Origin: Ophelia neglecta
Lineage: Eukaryota
NCBI GenBank assembly: GCA_965285935.1
Contig: OZ260664.1
Span: 17,732,001-17,796,000, forward strand
Reading direction: 5' to 3'
DNA length: 64,000 nucleotides
Both the position numbers and the translations under genes were made by a program. Shown one piece after another: positions 26,204 to 39,300 of the stretch (position 1 is the stretch's first letter; the number at the start of each line of letters is the position of its first letter). The notes below the pieces were generated by a model, which ran no database searches, was not told where the DNA came from, and saw only the letters and a list, made by a program, of their open reading frames with translations.

Positions 26204-27293
26204 GTGATTTGGATACATCGGCTTCTGCCAGAGCAGGACTGTCAATCACAAAAAGACTGTATATGGAATTTCGGTGAACATTAACCTATTTGTATTTATG
26301 CACTAAAAAAAATGGATCAATAAGTTAATATTGTTTATGCACTTAGACTCAATGTTTGAAATATAATGCATTTAAATATTAATTATTACCAATTGAATGC
26401 ATTATTACTGTTATTATTTTTATTATTTGGTTCCCTGTGCATATTTTTTTCTTCATAGAAATGGAATCCTTTTAGACTTTAAGAACTACTAGATCCAGAC
26501 CGGCTAGCCGAGGGCATGTATATTTTCATTAATTGGTTCCCTGAGCACTTTGTGTCTTTATGGCTATAATAACCACACCCATTGGTAAAATATTTAACTT
26601 AGCCCCCTGTCATGGGCACTCATGTAAACCCAGTAAACTTAGACGGGGTCTATGATTGACTCGTCGTGTGTTTGGCAGTGCTGTCTTGTCTGTCTGGTGG
26701 TTGGTGATTAGGTTGTACGGGGCCGGCAGATTTCTATAGGTGGAGCTCTGTCGGCCTTCTGTAGCCGGGCGCTGGCTATTTGGACGGAGGGATGGCTGCC
26801 CCTTTGTACTCCTGACGGCTGTGTGTTGTCCAGCCTTTGTCTTGTGACGGATGCGTACAACTGATAGATTGGCCGTGCTCTGCGACTGGTTCATTTCGCC
26901 ATGGTTCCCAATTGGCAGTTACCGCTGTCAATATAATCTGTTAACTATAATGACACGTTTGCTGTGTTCTGTGATTAACTCGTTGGTGTGTATTGATACT
27001 CCTTATTTACATTTCTGTTGGGTTTTAAGGTATGTGAATTGGAGTCTGTATGTATTGTATGGAGCCTCCTGGTATCAACACTAAACCCAAAGAATAGCAA
27101 TTTCCCCTGGCTTTCCTATCTTTCCTCCTACATCTAAATGCTGTTGCTATCGATAGAAATGAAACGGCATTGCTTATGCAGTTTCAACCTATTGCGCGAC
27201 TATGATTTTGCTTTGTTTGTTTTATTACCTTTTTATATATATTACCTCAATTATTGTTTATTGAAGAGAGATGATACACATACTCTGTACCCT

Positions 27294-27380
27294 GAGCATA
27301 TTCTTAAGCACTCCTATACCATGTTTACTAAGACCACGAGCATATTCTTAACCACTCCTATACCATGTTTACTAAGACCA
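27294..27380 (+). repeat. 44-bp tandem duplication just upstream of ORF2 of element A
   Basis: GAGCATATTCTTAA(G/C)CACTCCTATACCATGTTTACTAAGACCA occurs at 27294 and 27338. Confidence 0.9.
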
Positions 27381-27423
27381 AATGTATTGCATATGAGTGT
27401 CGGTTTGAGCGTCGCTACAATAT

Positions 27424-30400
27424 ATGGATAGCATTTCATTAGTGGACATTCTAAGCCAAAATGGGTACAGGGACGATAACCCAATTACAAATGAACCAGA
27501 GTTTGTAAATCTGTCACCGTACCATGAAGACGAACAATTAATACAAATACTTAAACACAAGAAAAACTGTTTTTCCACGCTAAGTTTAAACTGCCAGAGT
27601 ATAAACTCTAAATTCGATCAGATTCAAATCCTTATAGAAAAATTAAGGGATGGGGGCTGTGAGTTTAGCGCAGTCTGCTTGCAGGAAACATGGCTTACGG
27701 AGGAATCGGATGTATCACTCTTTTCTCTGGCAGACTATAATACCATACACTTCGGCCAGTCCTGTTCTAAGCACGGTGGATTGATCATCTACCTAAATAA
27801 ATCCTATAAATATAAGGTATTAAATTTCCACAAAAAATCCTCACTATGGGAAGGTCAATTCATAGAAATATCTTGTAATCAAGGTCATAAAAAAGTCATT
27901 CTCGGTAATATATATAGACCTCCAAGAAATACAAATGAAATGTTATCAGCTTTTTATCAGGAATTGCCCCCGTGTTGAGTAAATTGGAAAGATATGCAGG
28001 TGAAGTCATAATTGCAGGTGATTTTAATATTAACCTTTTGAAATAAATGAGAGACAGATTGTCACTGAATTCTTTGACTTAATCACAAATTTCGGTCTTG
28101 TCCCCAAAATCACACTCCCTACGAGGTTGTCTAGACGAAAAGGAACTCTGATTGACAATTTCTTCTGCAAATTTGATGTGGGGGTAAATAGTGACGTATC
28201 TGGTATACTATTAAATAATATATCAGACCATCAACCATATTTTTTGCTGCTGGATCACATATATGTGTACCCTACACCTCCAAAATATGCAAGTGTCAAT
28301 CAATTTGGTTCAGCTAGTTTGCCTAAATTTATCGAGGAATTGAAGTCCTCCAACCTGGATGAGAAGTTATGTAAGGATGACTTTTGTGATCCCAACCGAA
28401 ATTATTCAATCCTCGACAGTGAGATTAAAAATGCGCAGGACAAATTCTTATCCCCTAAGATGATCAAGTATAATAAAAAAACATAAGAATAAAAAAAGCA
28501 TAAGAAAACGTCGTGGATAACTCGTGGCATTTTAAATTCAATCAATTTTCGGGACAAATTATATAAAAAATTAAAGAATAACCCAGAAACCGATCCAATG
28601 TACCAAACCTTATTTATAAACCTTCATACATATAATAAAATCCTTGACAAAAATATAAAACTTGCTAAACAATCGCATAATACGCAGAGATTCATTAAAT
28701 GTAAGAATGATATAAAAAAATACCTGACTTGTCATAAAAGATGTCTTGGGAAGAGCTGAAAATAAATCATTATTTCCAGAATTCTTCAAAATTAATGGGA
28801 CCACCACAAAAGATAAAGGCACAATTGCTGAGAGCTTTAATGCGTTTTTTTTTGTTATATTGGTATAAAACTTGCTGATAACATTGAGCAACCAAGACAG
28901 AAGTCATTTAGAGATTATTTAATAAGTACTCATACAAATAAATTTGTGTTTAAGCGTGTGGCCCACTCAGATGTTTTAAAAATAATAGAAAGATTAAAGC
29001 CGAAAACAAGCAGGGGGGTCGATGGAATGTCGTCTAAGATATTGAAATCTATTTGCCATATTATTGTAAAACCTATCACATTAATTGTCAACCAGGCGTT
29101 GGCTACTGGAATCTTCCCAGACACACTTAAGATTGGAAGAATAGTCCCTGTCTATAATAAAGGTGATAATTCTGTGTTGGATAATTATAGGCCTATATCA
29201 ATTCTGCCAACCGTTTCCAAAATATTTGAGAAAGTTATATACGACCAAATTTACTCTTTTTTTGACTGTGAAAATATGTTTTACGTTAGTCAGTATGGCT
29301 TCAGAGCAAAGCATTCTACCGAATTGGCAGCACTGGAACTTATAGACATATCTACACAACAAATGGACAGGGGAAATACTCCAATAAATATTTTTATGGA
29401 CTTGTCAAAGGCTTTCGATACCATCGACCATCAGATCTTACTTGAAAAACTGAATTATTATGGCATTACTGGGGTACCTTTACAACTTATACAGAACTAT
29501 TTGACAGGTAGAAAACAGTATGTGGATTTTGATGGTACCAAGTCTTCCTTTCTCCCTATTACAACTGGTGTTCCTCAGGGTTCAATCCTAGGCCCGTTAC
29601 TATTTATCATATATATAAATGACTTAAACATTGCCAGCGATATATTCCACTCTATCATCTATGCGGATGACACCACTCTATCAAGCACTCTTCAAACTTT
29701 TACCACCAAAGATGTAGGTGAGGGTATGAGTAAACTAATTAATTCAGAACTTATTAAAATAAATAACTGGCTCAAATTAAACAAACTTTCATTAAATGTA
29801 GGTTAGACTAAATATATGACCATGCAAGTGCGGCAGAAGAAAGTGCCAAAATTAGAAATTAGAATAGATAATACTTTAATTGAGTCAGTGGATAGTTTTG
29901 ACTTTCTTGGTCTGGTGATTAGTGAAAATCTTGACTGGACTAACCATATAAACAAGGTTGCCACTAAAATATCAAGAGTACTGGGGGTCATAAATCGCCT
30001 AAAATTCACAGTTCCCAGCCTAATACTAAGGACAATTTATAAAACACTAGTTTTACCTCACATAAATTATTGCATCTTAGCCTGGGGAACTAAAACATTC
30101 CGTATCAATAAGTTGCAAAAAAAGGCAGTTAGATATATCTCACACGCTAAATACTTATCACATTCTGAACCTCTCTTTAAAAACCTAGGATTACTTAAAG
30201 TTGATGACCTTTATCAATTAAATATTTTAAAGTTCTATTATAAGTTCAAAAACAATAAATTGCCTACTTTTTTTAAGGAACTCCCAATTGTTCCCGTTTC
30301 TCAGACTCACACACATAACACAAGGGGATCTCACAAACTTTATCCACCTATGTCATTTCATAGATTTGCTGAAAAGTGTATCAGGCATAACATTGTCAAG

Positions 30401-30547
30401 ATAGTAAATGAGACCCCTTCTTTGATCTGTAATAAGATTTATACTCATAGTATTCGTGGATTTACACAATATATAAAACAGCATTATCTGAGTAAATATA
30501 AGGAAGTTTGTACAATTCCGCTTTGTTACATTTGTCAAAATACTTAG
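27424..30547 (+). pseudogene. ORF2 of element A: APE endonuclease plus reverse transcriptase, multiple lesions
   Basis: EN motifs SLNCQS, CLQETW, IYRPP, GDFN, TLIDN, SDHQP. RT motifs NYRPISILP, QYGFR, DLSKAFD, GVPQGSILGPLLF, YADD. Frameshifts between ~27970 and 28900, and a stop at 29804. Confidence 0.93.
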
Positions 30548-31550
30548 GATACTTGTCGACTTGATTTGATCATTTGCCAGGATTATTGATGGTCGGATCT
30601 ATTGATGACTCTATTGATGACTTGTATTTAAATATAGAAAATTTATAATAGGTTTGATAGGTTCGATCGCTCTGCCCCCGTTTTGCGAAATTGATTGATT
30701 TATTTATTTTTGTCTGCATATGATGCTTTCATGACCGTGGTTTGACCTGCTTTCGTTGGTCTGGGTCCGGGGGTGTGTCGCTCTGATGGGGTGCCACGGT
30801 GGAATGCTGTTCTAAATTCTGGCTCTTTGGTGTGATTTGCACATGCGTGTCTGGGTTTACTCGGACCAAATTAACCAAATTCATTGGCTACACCCCCCTG
30901 ATCGGCACACCCAGGCCTTACAGCACGAAATGTGGTTTATATTTTCTATTACTCAGATGAGATTTAATGCACATGTATAAATGAATTATAATTTCTCTTC
31001 AGTCATTTATTTTGTTTTCTTAATATTTATTTAAATGACACTATGGTGTATTAGATATTTGTTTGAAACATACAGTATTTTTAGGTGGCCCTCACGATAG
31101 CGGTTTATTATTAAGCCTTAGTGAGAGTCATCCTTACCAATGGTGTGTCCAATGCAACCTGAATTTTCGATATAAACGAATTCTGACCTTTGTACGTGTG
31201 GATGAGAAATCTTGGTGGGCCCTCATATCTCTTTATTGGCCGCCTAGAGTCTATGCACGAATGACCGTGTCTCTATCTATTATATATATTTGTCAATGTT
31301 TGTGTATACGTGCTCATGTAAAACAATGCTATATTCCTTGTGTATGTGCTTAGATATATAATATTGGTTAGTGACATGGTGTGACGTGGAGGCATACATT
31401 GGTGGGAGGTATATTTAGTTGATTATGTTGGTATAGACTTTACTTGGTCAGGTCATTTTTAACAGACATTGCGGTGAATGTTGTAGTTTTCATTTGATCC
31501 TGGCTATTTGGATATTTTTTGACAATTTACTGAGATATACCACATATAAT

Positions 31551-32369
31551 ATGACAAGAGGCAAAGGAAGTAAGATTCAAAATGGTGGGGGAGGTCACAC
31601 TCCTGAAGAGTAACAGGCTTCACTGGCCTCGATTATGGCTGAAATAAAGAACGTGAGTTACAAACTGGATACTATGTCAACAAGATTGGATAATATTGAG
31701 AGTAAGCTTATTAAGGTGGACACATCAAATCAGGAGCTCCAAGATGGTGTGCGATTCCTCGAATCAGAATATACAGATCTACAATTAGAGGTGACAGATC
31801 TCAAGGAGTCTCATATGTTGAAGATGGTCAAGTTTCTTGTTGATCAAAGCAATCGAGGTAGGCGGAACACTCTTGTTATACATGGTCATCCTGAAGGCCA
31901 GGCTGAGACCCACGCTTCTTTGGAGCTTTCTATTCGTGAGTTTTTTGAAGAAAAACTTGATATAAAATCTGACGAGGCTGAACTGGATTGTTTCCATAGG
32001 ACTCCGGGGAAACCACACCCTCAACTTCAGGGTCAGGCTTCTAAACCAAGAATGGTCCATGTCCGTCTCGTACGACGAACTGACCGAGATCACATTCTAC
32101 GGAAAGCACCTAAAATTCTCGCAAATACAGGTTTGTTTATAACTCATGATATTGACCCCATTACAAGGAAGATTGAGGAAAAGTTAAAGCAGAAACAACA
32201 TGAGTTTAGAGAGGAGGGAATGGTGGCTTTTGTCCCTTTTAGTGTTCCCAGAGTACTGAAGTATAAGAAGGGTCAGGATCAACCTCGTTTCCAAACTTTC
32301 AGTCTCTCTCGAGAGGAGGAAAATCTAATATATATGAAATACTTTAAAGATTCGCCTAAGGGGACTTAA
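31551..32369 (+). pseudogene. ORF1 of element B (coiled coil plus L1-ORF1/RRM-like domain)
   Basis: ATG at 31551 is in frame with ORF 31635-32369, with one stop at 31611. NRGRRNTLVIHGHPE, HRTPGK, KPRMVHV and AFVPFSVPRVL align with ORF1 of A. Confidence 0.88.
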
Positions 32370-32993
32370 TATTGCCAGTGACTCCCCTCACTGGGTGACA
32401 CATGTCAGTACCACTATGAACTTCTTATCGTTTGTTTAATAGAGCCCAGCTGCCACCTTGTATAGTGTGTTGTATGGCAAGCTGTGTCATATTAACTCAA
32501 TTGTTCTCTTGCGTTTCATTCCTAGGGATTGTGCACCGCTGACTTTTGGGGTCAACTGTGTTTATTATTGTATTGCTTGGTGAGTTTTACCTCCCCTGGA
32601 ACCAAGGAGAATCAATTGGTATACAGTATTGTTGTGCTCATGTGTGAATGTGAATGTGGTTATGGCTGGGCTGCTACAAATAGTCAATAATGATGTTGTG
32701 TTTGAAGTTCATATTCCTATATCGTGTTATGTGTCAATTGCTAGGCTTTCAGAGTATTTTCTTTGCTTATAAAATGTGCGTAATTATATGGCTCCCATCA
32801 CTCGCATGATTAGGGCTTGATTTATTTGCCATGTTTGCGGGTTTTTATGTTTTCTTCATTTTTCTCAAGGTGTTCTCCTTGTATATATGTGTTGTTTGTA
32901 ATTTTTTTTGCATATTATCCATCCTTGCATCTATCCTGCGCTTTTTCTCTCAATGTCTTTCTTTGTACTGGCTTGTAATCAGTGTAGATTTAA

Positions 32994-35900
32994 TTGATAC
33001 TCTCACTGGTTGTGGAGCCATGTAAAATCTGCTCCAGGCATGTTCATACCCACGATTTCAGCTTAACTTGTTCAGTCTGCGCCGTAAAAACTCATATCAA
33101 TTGTTTGACCAGTGTATCTAGAGATGACGCTCTATTTGTAAATCGCCATACCAACCTATGGATCTGTTTGGTATGTGCAATGGATATATTTCCAAATAAT
33201 CATTACTACAATGATGATGAATTTCAAGATATTATTTATGAAAATTTATGTAATAACATGGATGTTTCACTTGAAGATATCATTTTTAGCCCGTTTGACT
33301 TCAGTGAAAGTCCTAATTCGCCACTTCATGATATAGATCCTGATATAAACTTCTATAATGACCTTAATGTTGCGGGATTGAGTGGTTGTGATTATTACTT
33401 TGAGAACACATTCAAAAGGTACATACAATCTAATAATCCCCCTCCTTGTCCATTCTCTCTCTTACACTTCAATATCAGGAGTGCGCCCAAGAATTTGACC
33501 AAGTTCAATTCTTACATATGCTCATTAGACTTTCAATTTCTAATCTATGGGTTCACAGAAACCTGGTTCAATGCTGAAAATAATGATAGGTATAATATTC
33601 CTGGATATGTTGGTATACATAATTATCGACATAAAAGAGTTGGGGGTGGGGTGTCAATGTTTATTAAAAATGGTGTAGAGTTTGTGGTGAGGCATGACCT
33701 CAATATCCAGGATGATACCATTGAATGCATCTTCATTGAAATAAGTAATCAACTGTCACATTCTAAGAAAAATATTGTAGTTGGAACAATTTATCGTCCT
33801 CCAGACAAGGATGTAAGACAGTTTAATCAGTCTCTCTCTAGTTTACTAGCAAAGGTAAAAACCAAAAGGAAAATGTGCTACTTAATGGGAGATTTTAATA
33901 TTAATCTACTCAATATCGACTCACATAACCCTTCTGATGAATTTATGGATATCATATCGTCTCATTCAATGTTGCCGGTAATTACTAAGCCAACCAGGGA
34001 CACTCCTTCCACTGCAACTCTTATAGACAATATATTCACTGACATCTCTGACCTTAATCAATCTTTACAAGGTATTCTATATTGTAATATATCAGATCAT
34101 TTTCCCATTTTCTATATTGAAAACATGTTTAATCTCACATTGAAGGAACTCCGAAATGAAAAAAGAGTATACACTAAGAAAACTCTAAAGTCTTTTGGAG
34201 GTGACCTGAACAACTCCGATTGGGATAATGTCTTATCTGAAAGTGATGCACAAAGAGCTTTCTCTAAATTTAAACAGACTTTTAGTGACCTATATGACAA
34301 ACATTTTCCTGTTAAAACATGCCATTCTACTTATGTTAACAGGAAACCTTGTTTAACAGATTGCCTAAAAAAATCCATAGCAAATAAAAATAAGCTTTTT
34401 AATAAAAGTAAAAAATATCCTCACATGTAGAAGTATTATCGTATGTACAATAATAGACTGAATAGATTATTATCCCAGGCTGAACGGATACATTATGAAT
34501 GCCAAATTTTGCACAATCGTAACAATCTCAGGAAGTCCTGGCAGATAATAAAAGAGGTGATCAATAAAAACAAGAGTAAAGCCCATCACAGTATGTTCTT
34601 AGTAAATGGCCAAACTACTCAGGATAAACATGTAATTTCTGATCATTTTAATAATTTCTTTGTCAGTGTTGGTCCTTCTCCGGCAAAGAAAATTGAACCT
34701 TCATATGAGACACCCACAAAATATATGAAAAGTCCTGTACCTGATTCTATGATAATCAATCCAGCTACACCTCATGAAGTTTTGAATATTATTAAGTCTC
34801 TCAATGATAATACCAGTGCTGGCTGGGATTCAATCGCTGCCAAATGTCTAAAGGCATCTTCACAATCATTCTTGGACGCCCTTACTCATGCTCTGAATCT
34901 CTCACTCACTCATGGCATAGTCCCGACTGAGATGAAAATTGCCAGGGTTGTCCCAGTTTTCAAGAGTGGAGATTCTATGCAGTTTACTAATTATAGACCA
35001 GTCTCTGTTCTACCAGTATTCTCCAAAATTCTAGAAAGACTTATGTATAGTAGGATCCTCTCTTTTGTGAAATGCAAAGACATCTTATATGATTATCAAT
35101 TTGGATTTAGAGAAAACCACTCCAATAACTTGGCCTTAATATTGTTAGTAGATAAAATTACCACTGCTCTTGATAATGGCGACTGTGTCGTCGGCCTATT
35201 CCTCGATTTTTCCAAGGCCTTCGACACAGTCAACCATTCAATACTATTAACTAAATTGTATCATTACGGAATCCGGGGACCTGCCCACGACTGGGTCAGA
35301 CACTATCTGACTGACCGCATGCAATATGTTGACTTTGATGGATGTAAATCTGTTAAAAAGAAAATTACATGTGGTGTTCCGCAAGGGTCTATCCTAGGAC
35401 CATTGCTATTCTTGTTATACATAAATGACATATCAAATGTGTCTGATATTCTCTTCACCATTTTGTTTGCAGATTATTCAAATCTTTTCTTGTCAGATAG
35501 GAGTATCAACAATATAATCACTAAAATGAATCATGAGATTGTAAAAGTATTAAATTGGCTGAAAATTAATAAACTTACTTTGAATATGAAGCAAACTCAT
35601 TTTATGGTGTTCTCCAACCACAAAAATACTCCATATACTCCTAACTTACTAATCGAGGGACAGCCTATTGAACAGGTTAACTCTACTACCTTTTTGGGAG
35701 TGACCCTGGGTGACTCTTTAAAATGGGGTGATCATATTGCAAAAATACGTGGTAAAGTCTCCAGAGGGATAGGAATTTTATGCAAAGCACGTAAAGTCTT
35801 CCGAAAAGAGACTATAAAAACATTATATTTTTCATTTATCTATCCATACTTACTGTACTGCATAGAGGTATGGGGCAATACTTTCATGAAATATTTACAA

Positions 35901-36308
35901 CCCTTGAATGTTTTACATAAGCGGGCCATCCGTCTGATATCTGGTATCTCAAGGACATCCCATACCTCTCCATACTTTAAAGAACTTAGTATTCTAGATA
36001 CCTATTAATTGTATAAATATTCTATTTTACTATTTATGTACAAATATTATCATGGTCATCTTCCTAATAGCATCCGTTGTTTGTTTGGCCATAACTCTGA
36101 TAACCACTCCTATAACACCAGAGGTGCTAATCTACTCTGTGTCCCTGGCAGTCGGCTTGTCTGTACTCTAAATTCCACGAAACATCAGAGTGTCAAATTA
36201 TTTAATGAATTTTTTAATATAATTGATTTCAAGTGTTCCGTCTCTACTTTTAAAATGAATGTTAAGTGCTATTTCATTGATGAAACTGAGGAAGAAGATA
36301 GCTATTAG
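32994..36308 (+). pseudogene. ORF2 of element B: PHD finger, APE endonuclease and reverse transcriptase
   Basis: Single frame with stops at 34428 and 36006. N-terminal CxxC..CxxCxxxxHxxC..WxCxxC. EN motifs HFNIRS, TETW, GDFN, SDHFP. RT motifs DFSKAFD and GVPQGSILGPLLF; the catalytic motif reads FADY. Confidence 0.93.
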
Positions 36309-39300
36309 TAATGGCTATGGTTTGGGGGCTTGGGGGAGGGGTTGAACAGGGTTGAAAATTTTCTGATTTATCCTGAAGTGTACTTGGGTGATTTTATGGT
36401 TGTTGGACTGGAAACTAAATGTAATTATCATTTGTGTATGCAACTGCCTATTTCTTTCTTCTAATTAATTTGCTAATATTTCTCTTTTAATGATTTCCTG
36501 TACGCATAACTTCACACTGTGCTGTTTGCTGGCCGCTTAGGATGTATAAGCATTTGGCATGGCATGTTTTTAAAACCTTATTTGTGGCACATAAGTTTTC
36601 TTTACTTCAGCCACACATTTTAATATATGCTGGATGGTTTGACTTTTTGTTTTTGTTTTTTTTTCTGTTCATTTTTCATTGTTCATAATGTGATGATTAT
36701 AATCGTGATTTGTCAGCTTAAAGCCATTATGTATGTATGTTTTTCTTGGTCATTTTCTAATACTGTAATAATAATGTTATATGAACAATAAACTTCAAAC
36801 TTCAAATATGCTCGCGGGCGCCCGGGTGCGCTGCTGCCTCCTCTCTTTCTCCTTCCTGCCGCGCGCTGCGTCCGGTGTGGTACAATATACCACAAACCTA
36901 TGTAGTGGTGTTGCGCTGGGGGTGGTGCGTGGTGGGGTGGGGTGGGGTGGTGCGGGGCTTTCGGTTGCCAGTGAGCATACTGGTTTATTACAATTGGTAT
37001 TGGTTTATATTTGGTTTGAAAATTGTTGATGTTATTGTTTGATTGAAGCTATCTTTTTTATCATTCTCATTAAATACGTATTGATGTTTGGTGGCAGGCA
37101 ATTAGATCATAATTAAGGTACACTTTTTGCTTTTGCTTGGATTACTATTACTAATATTGTCGAGTTGTATTTTTTTGTCCTTTTACACAGTAAGAGAATG
37201 TGTCTGTTTCGGCGCTATTGTTTGCATTTGTACACATCTACTTTGGTTACATAAAATGAATATCTATCTATCTATCTAGAGTCTTGAAAGAAGAAAGTCT
37301 GACTAAAATATATTCGTTAAGCATTAATTTAAAGATTATTTGGAGTATTATGGCGTTCGCCATCCTTTGACACCCACTTCCACAGGAAAATGAATTTAAA
37401 CGCCGAAATGAGCAATAGGCAATGGCTGTCAACTATCAGGTAAAACGAGGTTCATGTAGACACATCGTAACACAAACAACTTGCCAGGGACCAGAAATTG
37501 TCAATTAAAAAAGGCTTGAACATTGTGCTGATAGGCAAAGTAGAAACCAGATGTGGTTAGCTATACGTAGTGCCTTCTTGATCATCAGGATGCAAGCACA
37601 TGCATTTTAGATGCGTGACACAAGTGATAATGCCGATGTAAATTCATCAAGAAATTGCATTTTTGCAATATTTGTTAAATGCAAATTAGGCTCCGCTTTT
37701 TTGAAACTGTCCTATTGCATATAAAAATGCTTACAACCTTATATTTATGTATCCATAAACTGCAAAACATTTCAATATTAGCAATTCTCAATCGAAATCG
37801 GCCGAGCGGTACACAATAAAAATACTGAAAGAAAATGTCCTTTTTAGAACATTTGACATTGGGGAATGTCAATTGAAATGTTTATGTTCGCACAACACCT
37901 TCTGTATAGCACAACTCGTCTGTATTTTACATTATTCCATTTGAGTGCCTTGCTCACGCTATTGATAATTGTTAATGCCTTTTTCCCAGTCTGTAGTCAA
38001 AACTTTTAATAATTAAGTCATTCTCGGTCATAACAGCTACATAGGATTGATGTTTCTATTTAGTGCCAACATGTTATTAAATACTATTAAAACTATTCAA
38101 ACAGCAAAAATACTGACAACATCGTACAGAAAATGGCGGCTATTTTGACTTTGTTCAAGCCAAATTGGCTCGAAATACTATTGCTGAAATACAATTCAAT
38201 AGACAGTATTTAAGTATCTAAGTACACCTCTATGGCCCTTAATATGTCAAGACTAACTTTCAGTAGGTTCTGAATAATACTATCTGTTCTGTATATTGAA
38301 GGTGAATTGAACACCATGTGGCCAAAAATATGTCCAGATACTTGCATTTTGGCAACCAGTGCCTTATTTAAAATCATAAAAGTGTTGAACCACGAGACAC
38401 GTGTTGCCAGGGCAACCTCCAAATTGACAGAGGATGCCTATTTGTATTTTCTGCCAAGAATGTATTTTGAGTTCAAAATAAATGATAATACTTGGCTAGT
38501 ATACTTTAGAGTGCTAAAGACACATTGAGTATCAAGTTTCCATGGCAACCGCTCAAATTTACCCGCTATGGACAGGAATCTAAGAAACAAACCCATTTTA
38601 TTTTATATTTTATGGTCACAATTTGCAAGACAAAGTGGTATTGTATATTACGCAGGCCAATTCTTGTTCTTAGCTCAAATCAATCTTTAATTGATTTTTA
38701 TTTGAAACACATACATTTTTAGATATACTTTTATAGATCTATTTATTACAGAGAGGTATCCTGGCAACAATAGGGGTCCTTTTCAAGTCCATGGCCCTAT
38801 TTTTGTCCAAATGGTGCTTAATGTACATGTGCATGTACCATTCAGAAGTACATATTTTTGGAACACCAAAAGTCATTACAAACATCCAATTGTTTTGCAT
38901 GTTGAACTCGAATTACTATTAAATCAATTAAAGCTTAGGTTGACCCAAAATGGCTAAATTCTGCCAAAAAGGGCAGAATATACCAGGAGTGTATAAGCGT
39001 AAACCTTACTAGTTTTCAAAAGGGCGAATTAACCCTAATTTTAATTTTCTTTCATTTATTGGTTTAATAGATAATAAGCTACAGTGTACTAAATAACTTG
39101 ATGTTAGTGATGACTTTCGTTTGCCTATTAATAACATGGTTCAATAATATGCATCAAAAAGAACATTTTAGAAGTTTATTGACCCAAATTTGGCTATTCG
39201 ACATGAAAAAATAATTCCAATATTTATGCAGGTTGGACATTATTACGCAAATATTGTTTCAATCGTAGTAAATATGATATTAAACTTTAAAATGAAAAGA

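Larger units (their letters stand above)
31351..36806 (+). mobile_element. CR1-group LINE element B, full length, nested in the 3' UTR of A
   Basis: ORF1 31551-32369 and ORF2 32994-36308. 3' UTR has a stem-loop (TGTGGC...GCCACA, ~36583-36615), AATAAA and a (CTTCAAA)2 tail to 36806. Candidate TSD TGTGCT (31345-31350) / TATGCT (36807-36812). Confidence 0.85.
25184..37277 (+). mobile_element. CR1-group (CR1/L2/Crack) LINE element A, near full length, interrupted by element B
   Basis: ORF1 25403-26203, 1.2-kb spacer, EN-RT ORF2 27424-30547. The 3' UTR is split into 30548-31350 and 36807-37277 and ends in an (ATCT)n tail. TATCT also precedes the inferred 5' end (25179-25183). Outer boundaries are inferred. 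Confidence 0.75.

Noticed and set aside
31244-31252. CTAGAGTCT as a TSD paired with 37276-37284
   Set aside because: It would leave two tails inside one element. The nested model explains both tails, so this is treated as a chance match.
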